Positions 22,193 through 33,559 of a DNA stretch of 64,000 nucleotides are shown here, in pieces. Position 1 is the first letter of the stretch. Every line of letters starts with the position of its first letter. The notes under the pieces were generated by a model. That model did no database searches, was not told the origin of the DNA, and was given only the letters and a program-made list of their open reading frames with translations. Both the position numbers and the translations under genes were made by a program. This stretch comes from Coraliomargaritaceae bacterium (GTDB taxonomy: Bacteria > Verrucomicrobiota > Verrucomicrobiia > Opitutales > Coraliomargaritaceae). The stretch is from contig CBFHXZ010000001.1 in assembly GCA_965659965.1 (NCBI GenBank), forward strand, positions 9,049 to 73,048, written 5' to 3'.

Positions 22193-22437
22193 AATGTTTA
22201 AATTTTATTAATTAGAGCTATTAGCGGAGGTGGCAGTTTTCAAACAAGAAGGCGCGGAAACCCCACATATTAGGTTATAGAATTATGGTAATAAGTTCCG
22301 CTTAAGTCTCGATTAGAGGTGATTGTGGAAGCGGAAAGGCCCACCGTGCGGATTTTTTTGTATTTGTGGGGTCTTGCGCGGGAAAAAGGGTTGCCAAGCA
22401 CAAAGCCCGAGGTGTTGATTGTTGCACATAATTTTAG

Positions 22438-24081
<1,644 letters not shown>

Positions 24082-24087
24082 GCTTCC

Positions 24088-24621
24088 ATGAATCACTACC
24101 AATACCAACAAACGCTTAAGGGCATATGGACTGAGACGGTCGCCAAGTACGAAAGCGGAAACCGCGAACCGGAGACTTATTTTGACGCCGAAGGACGCGC
24201 CAAACTCGCTGCCTTTGGCCTCAAGATCATGGATCTCTACGATGCCGCTGAGGATTGGATCAAATACGGTGAGCCCGATTTTGAAACCTTCCTCATGATG
24301 TCCGAGGCCCGTCGTGACTACTTCGTCACCGCTCAAAAAGGCCAGCCTTCCAACGCGGAACTCGATCCTGCCACCCTCCCCGCCAAGACCGACGCAGTTC
24401 GCGGTATCGAGTGGCTGCCCCGCATCATTCCCAAGGCGATTGCTAAAATTCGCGGCGAGTTGCCCCCTGTCACCATGTATAATTGCGGCGGCGACCGCGC
24501 CTTCTTTAAAGCCCATAATATCCACCCCGCCGAATTCCTCCGCGTCGCCTGGGCCTACGAAGATAATCCCGAAAAAATTATCGACTGGGTCGAAACCCGA
24601 CGCGCCGAAAGCAATGGATAA
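24088..24621 (+). CDS. hypothetical protein, DUF5069-like C-terminal half
   Basis: 177 aa. LPRIIPKAIAKIRGELPPVTMYNCGGDRAFFKAHNIHPAEFL resembles the DUF5069 pattern as I remember it. The stop overlaps the trpC start (ATGGATAA). Confidence 0.45.
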   Translation: MNHYQYQQTLKGIWTETVAKYESGNREPETYFDAEGRAKLAAFGLKIMDLYDAAEDWIKYGEPDFETFLMMSEARRDYFVTAQKGQPSNAELDPATLPAKTDAVRGIEWLPRIIPKAIAKIRGELPPVTMYNCGGDRAFFKAHNIHPAEFLRVAWAYEDNPEKIIDWVETRRAESNG

Positions 24622-25411
24622 ACTCGCCGAAATCATGGCTGCCAAACGGGAGGCTCTCAAAGCTTCCATCCGGCCCGTTCGCGACTCCGAACTGGAACGA
24701 CTCGCCCAAAACGCCCATGCCGGGGCTTCCTTTCGCAACGCCCTTGCGCAACCCGACCGACTCTCCGTCATCGCGGAGATCAAGCGCAAGTCCCCCTCCG
24801 CAGGCGAGATCGCCGACCCCAAACTCAATGCCGTCGATCAGGCCCGCGAATACGTTAATGCCGGGGCAGACTGCCTTTCCATCCTGACCGACCACGACTA
24901 CTTTGGCGGCAGCATGCAGGATCTCTGGGATGTCATCGAATTCCTCGAAGTGCACAACCGCAAGACCCCCTGCCTTCGCAAAGACTTCATGGTACATCCC
25001 GTTCAGGTGGTTGAGGCCGCCGAAGCAGGAGCGCGTTGCATCCTCATCATCGTGCGCGCCCTAGAGGACGACGAAATCCGCGCCCTTGACCACGCCGCCC
25101 GAATCGCCGGACTCGACGCGCTTTACGAAATCCACGAAGCCTCCGAACTCGAACGCGCCCTCCGTTTCGAGCCGTCCATCATCGGCGTCAATAACCGCGA
25201 CCTCAAACGCTTCAAAACCGACCTTGCCGTTTCCGAATCCCTGATACCGCAAATCCCCGAGAGCATTGTCCGCGTCAGTGAAAGCGGCATCTTTACACCT
25301 GAAGACGCCGAACGCGCGCGTGATTGCGGAGCCGATGCCATCCTTGTGGGCGAAGCCCTCATGAACGCCGACGATTGCGACGCCCTCATGCAAGCCTTTC
25401 ACGAAGCCTAA
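24614..25411 (+). CDS. trpC: indole-3-glycerol phosphate synthase
   Basis: MDKLAEIMAAKRE, IAEIKRKSPSAG, IGVNNRDLKRF, SESGI. Start set to the ATG at 24614, inside the longer ORF-track frame. Confidence 0.9.
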   Translation: MDKLAEIMAAKREALKASIRPVRDSELERLAQNAHAGASFRNALAQPDRLSVIAEIKRKSPSAGEIADPKLNAVDQAREYVNAGADCLSILTDHDYFGGSMQDLWDVIEFLEVHNRKTPCLRKDFMVHPVQVVEAAEAGARCILIIVRALEDDEIRALDHAARIAGLDALYEIHEASELERALRFEPSIIGVNNRDLKRFKTDLAVSESLIPQIPESIVRVSESGIFTPEDAERARDCGADAILVGEALMNADDCDALMQAFHEA

Positions 25412-25427
25412 TCCCTTCGAATCCCGC

Positions 25428-26261
25428 GTGCCGCTCAATCCCAGCCAAACCCGACAACTGCTCGAAACCCTCGCGCACCATCCCAATAAAAAACTGGGGC
25501 AAAATTTCCTGATTGATGGCAACATCGTCCGCAAATCAATCGAACTCGCCGAGTTGGAACCCGAACAAGCCGTTGTGGAAATCGGTCCCGGCCTCGGCAC
25601 ACTCACCCAGGCGCTACTCGAAAACGGCCACCCCGTCTGGGCGGTCGAGCGCGACCCCACGCTCGCGGACTACCTGCGCCGCGAACTGACAGCAGACCAA
25701 CCCAAGCTGCACCTGACCGAAGGCGATTGCCTCGAATTCCCCCGCGCGGGTCTTCCCGACGCCAATGCCGAAGCGGGCTACCAGGTGGTCGCCAACCTGC
25801 CCTACGCGGTCTCCACGCCGTGGATGGACGCCCTCCTTGCCGGTCCCCTGCCGGAGCGCATGGTGCTCATGCTTCAAAAAGAAGCCGGCGACCGCTACAC
25901 CGCCACCCACGGCACAAAAAACTTTGGAGCGATCTCCATTTTTCTACAATCCGCGTTCACCGTGGCGGGTCGGCATCTTGTTTCCGGCGCCTGTTTTCAC
26001 CCCGCCCCAAAAGTGGATTCCCTCCTCCTGCGCCTCGACCGAAAACCCGAGGCGGTTGGCTTTGACCGCGCCACCCGCGAGTGCATCCGTCGCATCTTCA
26101 CCCAACGCCGCAAACAACTCGGCAGCCTTTGCCGTAAAGAGGACTCGCCTGCCGTCCTTCATTGGTTTGAATCACTCATTACAAAAGGCTACCCCGCCAC
26201 CGCCCGCCCCGAGGACATTCCCGGCGAGGAGTGGACCCGTCTCAAAATCCAAAACCCGTAA
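25428..26261 (+). CDS. rsmA: 16S rRNA (adenine1518/1519-N6)-dimethyltransferase
   Basis: LGQNFLIDGNIVRK, EIGPGLGTLT, VVANLPYAVSTP. GTG start. Confidence 0.9.
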   Translation: MPLNPSQTRQLLETLAHHPNKKLGQNFLIDGNIVRKSIELAELEPEQAVVEIGPGLGTLTQALLENGHPVWAVERDPTLADYLRRELTADQPKLHLTEGDCLEFPRAGLPDANAEAGYQVVANLPYAVSTPWMDALLAGPLPERMVLMLQKEAGDRYTATHGTKNFGAISIFLQSAFTVAGRHLVSGACFHPAPKVDSLLLRLDRKPEAVGFDRATRECIRRIFTQRRKQLGSLCRKEDSPAVLHWFESLITKGYPATARPEDIPGEEWTRLKIQNP

Positions 26262-26273
26262 CCACGCCGTCTT

Positions 26274-27605
26274 ATGAAAACCAATCCCCTCCGCTGGGCC
26301 CTTCATTGGCAAATCCTTTCTGCCCTCCTCCTCGCCCTCCTCTTTGGGCGCGGCATCCTGCCCCAACTGGACCCCGCCTCCGCTGGCACCATCGAGCAAA
26401 TCTGCAATTTCCTTGGCAGCCTCTTTATGAACGCCCTCAAGATGTTGATCGTGCCGCTCATTGTGGCGTCCATCATCTCCGGCGTGATGCACCTCGGCGC
26501 CAACAAGGGCGTCGGTCGTATGAGCCTTAAGACTTTCCTGTATTATAGCCTCAGCGGGGCCGCCGCCATCCTCGTTGGGCTCATCCTCGTCAATGTCATC
26601 GGTCCCGGTCGCGTGGACAGCGAGACTGCCACCGCCCTCCTCGGGCAGGCGGGCGCGACCGCTGAAAGCGAAGGTCTTCTCCAAAAAGTCGAGGGCCGGG
26701 ATTCAGGAGACCTGCTCGATATTTTCCTGCGCATGTTTCCCTCCAACATCCTCGAGGCCGCCACCGATAACGGGCAACTCCTTGGCGTGATTACCTTCTC
26801 TATTTTATTCGGTGCCTTCATCGGCGTCCTGCCCCCCGACCTCCGCAAGGCCCAAACCCAATTCTGGGACAGCGCACAGGCGGTCATGCTTCACCTCACC
26901 AATTTCATTATCCGCTTTGTTCCCATCGGCGTCTTTGGACTCGTCACCCCCGTGCTCCTGCACGCACCCTTTAAGAATTTGCTCGGCGCTATCGCCCTCT
27001 TTTTCTTCACCGTCCTCCTCGCCCTAGCCGTTCACCTCGTCATCAACCTCGGACTCGCCCTGCGCCTCCTCGGCGGAATCAACCCCATCACCCACTTCCG
27101 CCAGATGGCACCCGTCCTCTTGACGGCCTTCTCCACCGCCAGTTCCTCCGCTACCTTGCCCCTTACCATTGAAACCGTGGAAGAACGCGCGAAGGTCTCG
27201 AACAAAACCTGCGCCTTCACCCTTCCCCTCGGCGCGACCGTCAATATGGACGGCACCGCTCTTTACGAATGCGTGGTCGTCCTCTTTATCGCCCAACTCT
27301 ACGCCGCCACCGGACAAGTCGCCCTCGATCTGGGACAACAACTACTCGTGGTCGTTCTCGCCCTCACCACCAGTATCGGCGTCGCCGGCATCCCCGCCGC
27401 CAGTCTCGTCGCCATCGCCGTTATCCTGCCCGCAGTCGGCTTGCCCGTCGAAGCCATCGGAGTCGTCTGGATCACCGACCGCCTCCTCGACATGTGCCGC
27501 ACCGCGGTCAACGTCTTCAGTGATACCGTCGGCGCAGTCGTGATCGCAAAAAGTGAAGGTGAACAACCCTATCCAGCGGAACCCAACCCCGCCGCAGCTG
27601 ACTGA
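26274..27605 (+). CDS. dicarboxylate/amino acid:cation symporter (DAACS/SLC1 family)
   Basis: 443 aa, polytopic, with SSSATLP and GATVNMDGTALYE hairpin motifs typical of GltP/GltT-type carriers. Confidence 0.85.
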   Translation: MKTNPLRWALHWQILSALLLALLFGRGILPQLDPASAGTIEQICNFLGSLFMNALKMLIVPLIVASIISGVMHLGANKGVGRMSLKTFLYYSLSGAAAILVGLILVNVIGPGRVDSETATALLGQAGATAESEGLLQKVEGRDSGDLLDIFLRMFPSNILEAATDNGQLLGVITFSILFGAFIGVLPPDLRKAQTQFWDSAQAVMLHLTNFIIRFVPIGVFGLVTPVLLHAPFKNLLGAIALFFFTVLLALAVHLVINLGLALRLLGGINPITHFRQMAPVLLTAFSTASSSATLPLTIETVEERAKVSNKTCAFTLPLGATVNMDGTALYECVVVLFIAQLYAATGQVALDLGQQLLVVVLALTTSIGVAGIPAASLVAIAVILPAVGLPVEAIGVVWITDRLLDMCRTAVNVFSDTVGAVVIAKSEGEQPYPAEPNPAAAD

Positions 27606-27611
27606 GGCACA

Positions 27612-28172
27612 TTGGTCACGCGTGAAAAGTATTCCCGCAGAAAATTCCTCCTCTCCACAAGTCTTGCCGCTGCCGGACTTTCCCCCGGTTGCGCCAAAAA
27701 GGATACATCTATGAAAATTGAAGCACGACTCGCCGAACTCGGCATCACCCTCCCCAAAGCGCCCGCGCCTGCCGGCAATTACCTGCCCGCCCGCCAAAGC
27801 GGCAACCAGCTATTCCTTTCCGGCGCCATTTGCCTCGTCGACGGCGCCATGACCCATAACGGAAAAGTCGGCGACGAGCGCGATATTGCTTACGGTCAAG
27901 CCGCCGCCCGCGTCTGCGCTCTCAACCTCCTCTCCGTTGCCAACGCACACCTCGGTTCCCTCGACTACGTGGAAGCCATCCTTCAACTCAACGGCTTCGT
28001 CAACGCTGTACCCGGTTTCCCAGACAGCCCCGCCGTCATTAATGGTGCCTCCGACGTCCTTGTCGAAATCCTCGGTGATGCCGGTCGCCACACCCGCGCC
28101 GCCCTCGCGGTCACGGGGCTCCCCCTTAATTCCACCGTAGAATTACAGGCCGTTTTGCAGCTACGGACTTGA
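27612..28172 (+). CDS. RidA/YjgF family protein, possibly with a Tat-type N-terminal extension
   Basis: The core from MKIEARLAELGITLP onward is RidA/YjgF-like. The TTG start at 27612 would add SRRKFLLSTSLAAAGLSPGC (twin-arginine-like motif, hydrophobic stretch, Cys). An alternative start is the ATG at 27711, preceded by AAGGA. Confidence 0.7.
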   Translation: MVTREKYSRRKFLLSTSLAAAGLSPGCAKKDTSMKIEARLAELGITLPKAPAPAGNYLPARQSGNQLFLSGAICLVDGAMTHNGKVGDERDIAYGQAAARVCALNLLSVANAHLGSLDYVEAILQLNGFVNAVPGFPDSPAVINGASDVLVEILGDAGRHTRAALAVTGLPLNSTVELQAVLQLRT

Positions 28173-28203
28173 TCGCCCGATACAAATCCCTTTCCATGGC
28201 GTC

Positions 28204-29664
28204 GTGCCTCACTTAATAAAAATATTTCCCCTTCTGTGCCTTCTCGTAGCGGGAATCCTACAGGCCAACGAAGCCGAACGCGCAGTCGTTAAAATCGTGA
28301 ACTTCAGTCAGTCGCCCGACTGGCAGGAACCCTGGAAATTCTCGCAAGTGCGCCCGGGCGCAGGCAGCGGATTTGTCATCGAAGGTAACCGTATCATGAC
28401 CAACGCCCACGTTGTCAGTTGGTCACGACAAATCCTCGTCTTCCGTTATCAGGATCCTCAACCCTACCGCGCCACCATTGAATACATCGGGCATGACTGC
28501 GACCTCGCCGTCCTCCTCGTAGAAGATACCGCCTTCTTCGAAGGCCTCAACCCCCTTGAAATTGGCGAACTCCCCACCGTCCGCTCCTCCGTCACCACCT
28601 ACGGTTACCCCGCCGGGGGCCAACAAATCTCCTACACCAGCGGCGTTGTCTCGCGTATCGAAGTCCAACGCTACTCACACATCTACAATCGTTCCCTCCT
28701 TACACTGCAAACCGACGCCGCCCTCAATCCGGGTAACAGCGGCGGCCCTGCCGTTCAGGACGGTCGCGTGGTTGGCGTCTCTTTTCAGGGTAACCCCGAT
28801 CTCGAAAACGCCGGCTTCATTATCCCGCCCGAAATTATCCGCCATTTCCTCAAGGATATCGAGGACGGGCACTACCACGGCTTCCCCGATGCCGGCATCA
28901 ACGTCGTCCCCCTACACAACCCCGCTTTCCGCAAATACCTTAAACTGCCCAATGGCGAGGGTGCGCGCATCGACCGCATCTTTGAACCCTTCCCCGAAAC
29001 CCGTAAACGGATCAAAGAAAACGACGTCCTCCTTGAAATCGACGGTTATTCTGTCGGCAGCGATGGCATGATCCTCTACAAAGGAAACCGTATGCAGGCG
29101 AGTATCCTCTTTGATACCGCCCAAAACGGAGCAAGCGTCCCCATCAAAATCCGGCGTGACGGTGCCGAGCTGGCAATTGACCTGCCCGTCTTTGTGAACA
29201 CCGAGGATCGCATCAGCGGCAGACAATACGATACGCCCCCGCCCTATCGCATGATTGGCGGACTCGTCTTTACCGAACTCAGCCTGGACTTCCTGCGTAG
29301 CCTCGGGCGCGACAAACGCAACACCAACGCCGAGATCCTCTATGAACTCTTCTACCGTAATTTCCAAAACGAGGACGCCTCGCGCGCCAAGCCCATCCTT
29401 CTCGCCAGTCAAATCAACCACCCGGGCAATATCGACTTCCGCGTGCCTTTGCGTTCCATCCTCACCCATCTGAACGGACAAGCCATCCATTCCATGCACG
29501 ACCTTCAAGCCGCGCTTGAAACCCCCATCGACGGCTTCCACCGCTTTAAATTCTCCAACCATAGGATTGAGGCACTCGAGGTCGAAAATGCCACCGCCAT
29601 CGATCAGGAACTCATGGAAGCATACCAAATCCCCGCTACCAGCGGGATTAACGACCATGAATAA
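28204..29664 (+). CDS. secreted trypsin-like serine protease, Deg2/Deg9-type (S1C) with a PDZ-like C-terminal region
   Basis: Signal peptide, then an intact catalytic triad context: TNAHVV (His), DCDLAVL (Asp), NPGNSGGPAV (Ser). GTG start. Confidence 0.8.
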   Translation: MPHLIKIFPLLCLLVAGILQANEAERAVVKIVNFSQSPDWQEPWKFSQVRPGAGSGFVIEGNRIMTNAHVVSWSRQILVFRYQDPQPYRATIEYIGHDCDLAVLLVEDTAFFEGLNPLEIGELPTVRSSVTTYGYPAGGQQISYTSGVVSRIEVQRYSHIYNRSLLTLQTDAALNPGNSGGPAVQDGRVVGVSFQGNPDLENAGFIIPPEIIRHFLKDIEDGHYHGFPDAGINVVPLHNPAFRKYLKLPNGEGARIDRIFEPFPETRKRIKENDVLLEIDGYSVGSDGMILYKGNRMQASILFDTAQNGASVPIKIRRDGAELAIDLPVFVNTEDRISGRQYDTPPPYRMIGGLVFTELSLDFLRSLGRDKRNTNAEILYELFYRNFQNEDASRAKPILLASQINHPGNIDFRVPLRSILTHLNGQAIHSMHDLQAALETPIDGFHRFKFSNHRIEALEVENATAIDQELMEAYQIPATSGINDHE

Positions 29665-31129
29665 ATTTATCCCCTACCTCCTCCTAATGGCCTGCGCAGG
29701 CTCCCAACTCCACGCCTTTTCCTGGCGCGCCGATAAAGCATTCCAAGCGCAAGACTCGCTCGTTGAAATCGAGCTCACCAAAAAAATACACAGCTACCGG
29801 CAGCCCTGGCTTACCAATAATCAAACCGGTAACAAAAACGGCCTCGTCATCGGCCCCAAGCAAATCTTGACCACCGCTGACGGACTCCGCTCCGGCGCCA
29901 CCTACCGCATTCGCAAGGGCGGCGAAAGTAAACGTTACCAAGCCCAACTCCGCTCCATTGATTTTCAGGCGAACCTCGCCCTCCTCGATGTCGAGGATCC
30001 CGAGTTTTGGCTTCATATGAAACCCGTTCAACTCGCCGATGCCACCCCTCAGAACGGACTCCTCCAAATCTATCGCTGGCGCTCCGGTCGTATCGAAGAA
30101 CGCGCTGCCGAGATTGTCCGCCTCCATGTGGGCTCCGCCAAACTCAGCGACCTCAGCCACCTCGTCCTCCTCGCCTCCAGCGAAATCAATGCCGCCGGTT
30201 GGGCGGAAGTCGTCATGGATGGCGACCGCCTCGTCGGACTCACCACTTCCGGTTCGGAAAACAAACAACTCACCATTCTGCCCGCAACTTTTATCGCGGA
30301 AGCCCTCGAGCGCGGCCCCTGCGCCGATGGCCCGGGACACGGTTTCTTTGATTTTTATTGGATGCGCGCCAGCAACCCCGCCCTCCTTAAGTCCAAGGGA
30401 CTCGACCCCGATACCACTGAGGGGATTGTCGTTACCCACGCGGGAATCTTTGAGGACAGTTCCAGCCCCCTCCGTGACGGCGACGTTATTCTTGAAATCG
30501 ACGGCTTCCCCATCGATAAGGAAGGCAAATACATCGACCCGGAATACGGACGACTTTCCCTTGAAGGGCTCTCAACCCGCAAGCACGCCGCCGGTGAAAA
30601 CATCCCCATGAAAATCTGGCGCAACCAGCAAGTAGTGCAGATCGACTACCCCCTACCCCGCGCCGATTTTAACCAGGGCCTCATTCCAAATCGCCAGTAT
30701 GACGTCGAACCGCATTACCTCATTGCAGGCGGCCTGCTCTTTCAACCCCTCGACGGTCCCCTTATGCGCGCCCTAAGCAAGTCCAATTCCGGCGCCATGG
30801 AATACTACAGAGAAATGCAGCCCGAAATCGGGCGACCCTCACTGGTCATCCTTTCCACCGTTCTACCTGACGACTACAACCTCGGCTATGAAAACATCGG
30901 CCCTCTCATGCTCGACCGCATCAATGGCAAAACTATTCACACGCTCGAAGACGTCGCCCGCGCGCTTGCCAATCCGCCCAACGGATTTCACCGCATCGAA
31001 TTCATGCACGACGACACCCTAAAACATCTCGTACTCGATGCCGGAACCCTACAATCCGCTACCGAACGCGTCCTTCAGAAATATCGAATCCCCAGCGCCT
31101 CCAAGGGGCTAAAGCCACTCAAGCCCTGA
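29657..31129 (+). CDS. secreted Deg-like pseudoprotease (paralog of the upstream gene lacking all three triad residues)
   Basis: Colinear with 28204..29664, but TTADGL replaces TNAHVV, ANLALL replaces CDLAVL and NAAGWAEVV replaces NPGNSGGPAV. The start ATG at 29657 overlaps the upstream stop (ATGAATAA). Has a signal peptide, MNKFIPYLLLMACAGSQLHA. Confidence 0.65.
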   Translation: MNKFIPYLLLMACAGSQLHAFSWRADKAFQAQDSLVEIELTKKIHSYRQPWLTNNQTGNKNGLVIGPKQILTTADGLRSGATYRIRKGGESKRYQAQLRSIDFQANLALLDVEDPEFWLHMKPVQLADATPQNGLLQIYRWRSGRIEERAAEIVRLHVGSAKLSDLSHLVLLASSEINAAGWAEVVMDGDRLVGLTTSGSENKQLTILPATFIAEALERGPCADGPGHGFFDFYWMRASNPALLKSKGLDPDTTEGIVVTHAGIFEDSSSPLRDGDVILEIDGFPIDKEGKYIDPEYGRLSLEGLSTRKHAAGENIPMKIWRNQQVVQIDYPLPRADFNQGLIPNRQYDVEPHYLIAGGLLFQPLDGPLMRALSKSNSGAMEYYREMQPEIGRPSLVILSTVLPDDYNLGYENIGPLMLDRINGKTIHTLEDVARALANPPNGFHRIEFMHDDTLKHLVLDAGTLQSATERVLQKYRIPSASKGLKPLKP

Positions 31130-31493
31130 ACGGCTCGGTCTTCGGGCCTTCGTAATCCTCGGCCTGCGCCTCCACCACCACATTCGAGCGGATGCCACCG
31201 CGCCCGCGCCAAATCGTCTCCAAACGCGCCCAACGCGGTTTCGCCGCTGCATACAAATCATCGAAAATCTTGTTGCTCGCCGCCTCAAAGAAAATCCCCT
31301 TGTTGCGGAAACTGTGGAGGTACAGCTTCATCGATTTCAACTCCAGGCATATCTCCCCCGGCGCATAACTGAACACCACCGTGGCGTAATCGGGATGTCC
31401 CGTCATAGGGCAGGTCGAAGTAAACTCCTCCTGAATGTGCTGAATGGTGTAGTCGCGCGCGGGACTGGGGTTTGGAAAGGTTTCAATCTCCAT
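31119..31493 (-). CDS. queF: NADPH-dependent 7-cyano-7-deazaguanine (preQ0) reductase
   Basis: 124 aa with TCPMTGHPDY (catalytic Cys motif) and ELKSMKLYLHSFRN (QueF motif). Confidence 0.85.
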   Translation of the reverse strand: MEIETFPNPSPARDYTIQHIQEEFTSTCPMTGHPDYATVVFSYAPGEICLELKSMKLYLHSFRNKGIFFEAASNKIFDDLYAAAKPRWARLETIWRGRGGIRSNVVVEAQAEDYEGPKTEPFRA

Positions 31494-31528
31494 AGTCGTG
31501 TTCGGTCTTTAAATACTCACTACGCTGC

Positions 31529-33547
31529 TTAAGCCGGAGCACCTGCCGGAGCACTCTCGCCTGCGAGGTCACCGTCATCGGCTTTATCGGCTTCCGGTTT
31601 TTTTGCCGCGTCGTCCGCTGCCTCCGCTTCGGGTTTCGGCACCTCAATCTCGCGTTTCACCACGGGCGAACGCATTTCCCCGTGCTCGAGAATTTCCTGC
31701 ACGTGCTTGCCGTCAATGGTTTCATGCTCCAACAATGCTTCCGCGCACACATCCAGCGCACTGCGGTGTTGCTTTAAAATCTCGAGCGAGCGTTGGTATT
31801 GCTCCTCCACGATATCGTGAATCATTTTGTCGATCCGCTGGGCTGTCGCCTCGCTGTAATTCTGTGAGCGCTCGATTTCCTGCCCAAGGAAGATGTGGTC
31901 CTTGTTTTCACCGTAGGCGACCGGACCGAGATCCGTCATTCCCCAGTCACATACCATGTGGCGCGCAGTCTTGGTCGCCATTCGGATATCACCCGAAGCG
32001 CCCGAGGTGATGTCGCCCATCACGATTTCCTCCGCGCAACGTCCGCCCATCGCACAGCAAATCTGATTCAATAAACGACGCTTGGAGTGATTCAAAATGT
32101 CCTTCTTCGGCATGAACATCGTCGAACCGAGGCTCTGTCCGCGAGGGATAATGGTCACCTTGTGGACAGGCATATTGCCGTCGTCCACCACCGCCTGCAC
32201 CAAGGCGTGACCCGCCTCGTGGTAAGCCGTGATCTTGCGGTCCTCCTCATCCATTAACTTCCGGCGTTCACGCCCAAAGGAAATTTTGTCGCGGGCCTCG
32301 TCGAGGTCCTGCATCTCAACGACCTTCTTGTTGTAACGCGCTGCAATCAAGGCACCCTCGTTCAAAAGATTTGCCAAATCCGCGCCCGAAAAACCGGGGG
32401 TATTCCGCGCCACGTATTCCAAATTCACTTCCTCAGACAACGCGATCTTCTTGGCGTGTACTTGCAAAATTTCATGACGACCCGTCAAGTCAGGCAAATC
32501 AATCGTCACTTGGCGGTCAAAACGACCGGGGCGCAGGAGCGCATTGTCCAACACGTCAGGGCGATTGGTCGCCGCGATGATGATCACTCCTTCGTGACCG
32601 TCAAAGCCGTCCATTTCCACCAGCAGGGAATTCAGGGTTTGCTCGCGCTCGTCATTGCCACCGCCGAGACCTGCCCCGCGCTGACGACCCACCGCGTCAA
32701 TCTCATCAATAAAAACAATGCACGGCGCATTCTTGCGTCCCTGCTCGAACATGTCGCGCACCCGCGCCGCGCCCACACCCACAAACATCTCGACGAAATC
32801 CGAACCACTGATCGAAAAGAACGGTACATCGGCCTCGCCCGCCACGGCCTTCGCAAGGAGCGTCTTACCTGTTCCGGGAGGCCCCACCATGAGCACTCCT
32901 TTGGGAATCTGCCCGCCGATGGCCTGAAACTTCTTCGGGTCTTTCAGGAAATCAACCACTTCCGCGACTTCTTCCTTCGCTTCATCGCAACCCGCGACAT
33001 TCTTAAAAGTCACCGCATCCTTTTCACGCGTGAGCATCTTGGCCTTGCTTTTACCAAAACTCATCGCACCGCGGCCGGCACTGCGCAACTGGCGCACAAA
33101 AAGAAAATACAACAACCCGATGATAAGCAGAAATGGCAGAAAACTAAAAAGCAAATCCTGCATCGCCGTGCTGCTACGCTCCTCCTTCAAAAAGACTCGC
33201 AACTGCAAAAAGTCTTCTTCCGTCAAGCGGCCTTCCACCCGATACGGAATCTTCGGAGAATCCTCCCCCGCTTCAACCAAACTGCTCATTTCACCGGTAA
33301 TGATGTAACCGTCCAATCCCAGCGAGGGATCCGGCTTCATCATGCCTGAATCCTTGGCAATGCGACCAGCTTCCACCGCCTCCATTAATTCGCTTACCCC
33401 CAGCACCCGCTGGTTGCCGCTTACGCCGGGAGTCGAAAACCACAAGGCCACAATCGCCGTGATGATGACTGCCCAAAGCAACAGGACTTTCGGTTGAAAG
33501 CGCTCGGGCGGTGAATTCTTCTGCTGTTTTGGTGTTTTTTCTGACAT
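31529..33547 (-). CDS. ftsH: ATP-dependent zinc metalloprotease FtsH
   Basis: Two TM segments, Walker [14 protein letters not shown], the second region of homology, and the HEAGHAL zinc motif. Confidence 0.95.
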   Translation of the reverse strand: MSEKTPKQQKNSPPERFQPKVLLLWAVIITAIVALWFSTPGVSGNQRVLGVSELMEAVEAGRIAKDSGMMKPDPSLGLDGYIITGEMSSLVEAGEDSPKIPYRVEGRLTEEDFLQLRVFLKEERSSTAMQDLLFSFLPFLLIIGLLYFLFVRQLRSAGRGAMSFGKSKAKMLTREKDAVTFKNVAGCDEAKEEVAEVVDFLKDPKKFQAIGGQIPKGVLMVGPPGTGKTLLAKAVAGEADVPFFSISGSDFVEMFVGVGAARVRDMFEQGRKNAPCIVFIDEIDAVGRQRGAGLGGGNDEREQTLNSLLVEMDGFDGHEGVIIIAATNRPDVLDNALLRPGRFDRQVTIDLPDLTGRHEILQVHAKKIALSEEVNLEYVARNTPGFSGADLANLLNEGALIAARYNKKVVEMQDLDEARDKISFGRERRKLMDEEDRKITAYHEAGHALVQAVVDDGNMPVHKVTIIPRGQSLGSTMFMPKKDILNHSKRRLLNQICCAMGGRCAEEIVMGDITSGASGDIRMATKTARHMVCDWGMTDLGPVAYGENKDHIFLGQEIERSQNYSEATAQRIDKMIHDIVEEQYQRSLEILKQHRSALDVCAEALLEHETIDGKHVQEILEHGEMRSPVVKREIEVPKPEAEAADDAAKKPEADKADDGDLAGESAPAGAPA

Positions 33548-33559
33548 TCTTAGATTGGT

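Noticed and set aside
22290-22360. Possible attenuator in the pyrG leader (T7 run at 22353..22359, inverted repeat TTCCGCTT/AAGCGGAA at about 22297..22336)
   Set aside because: The stem next to the T-run is at best 5 bp, and the longer inverted repeat is 17 nt away from the T-run. That is not convincing as an intrinsic terminator or attenuator without experimental or covariation support.
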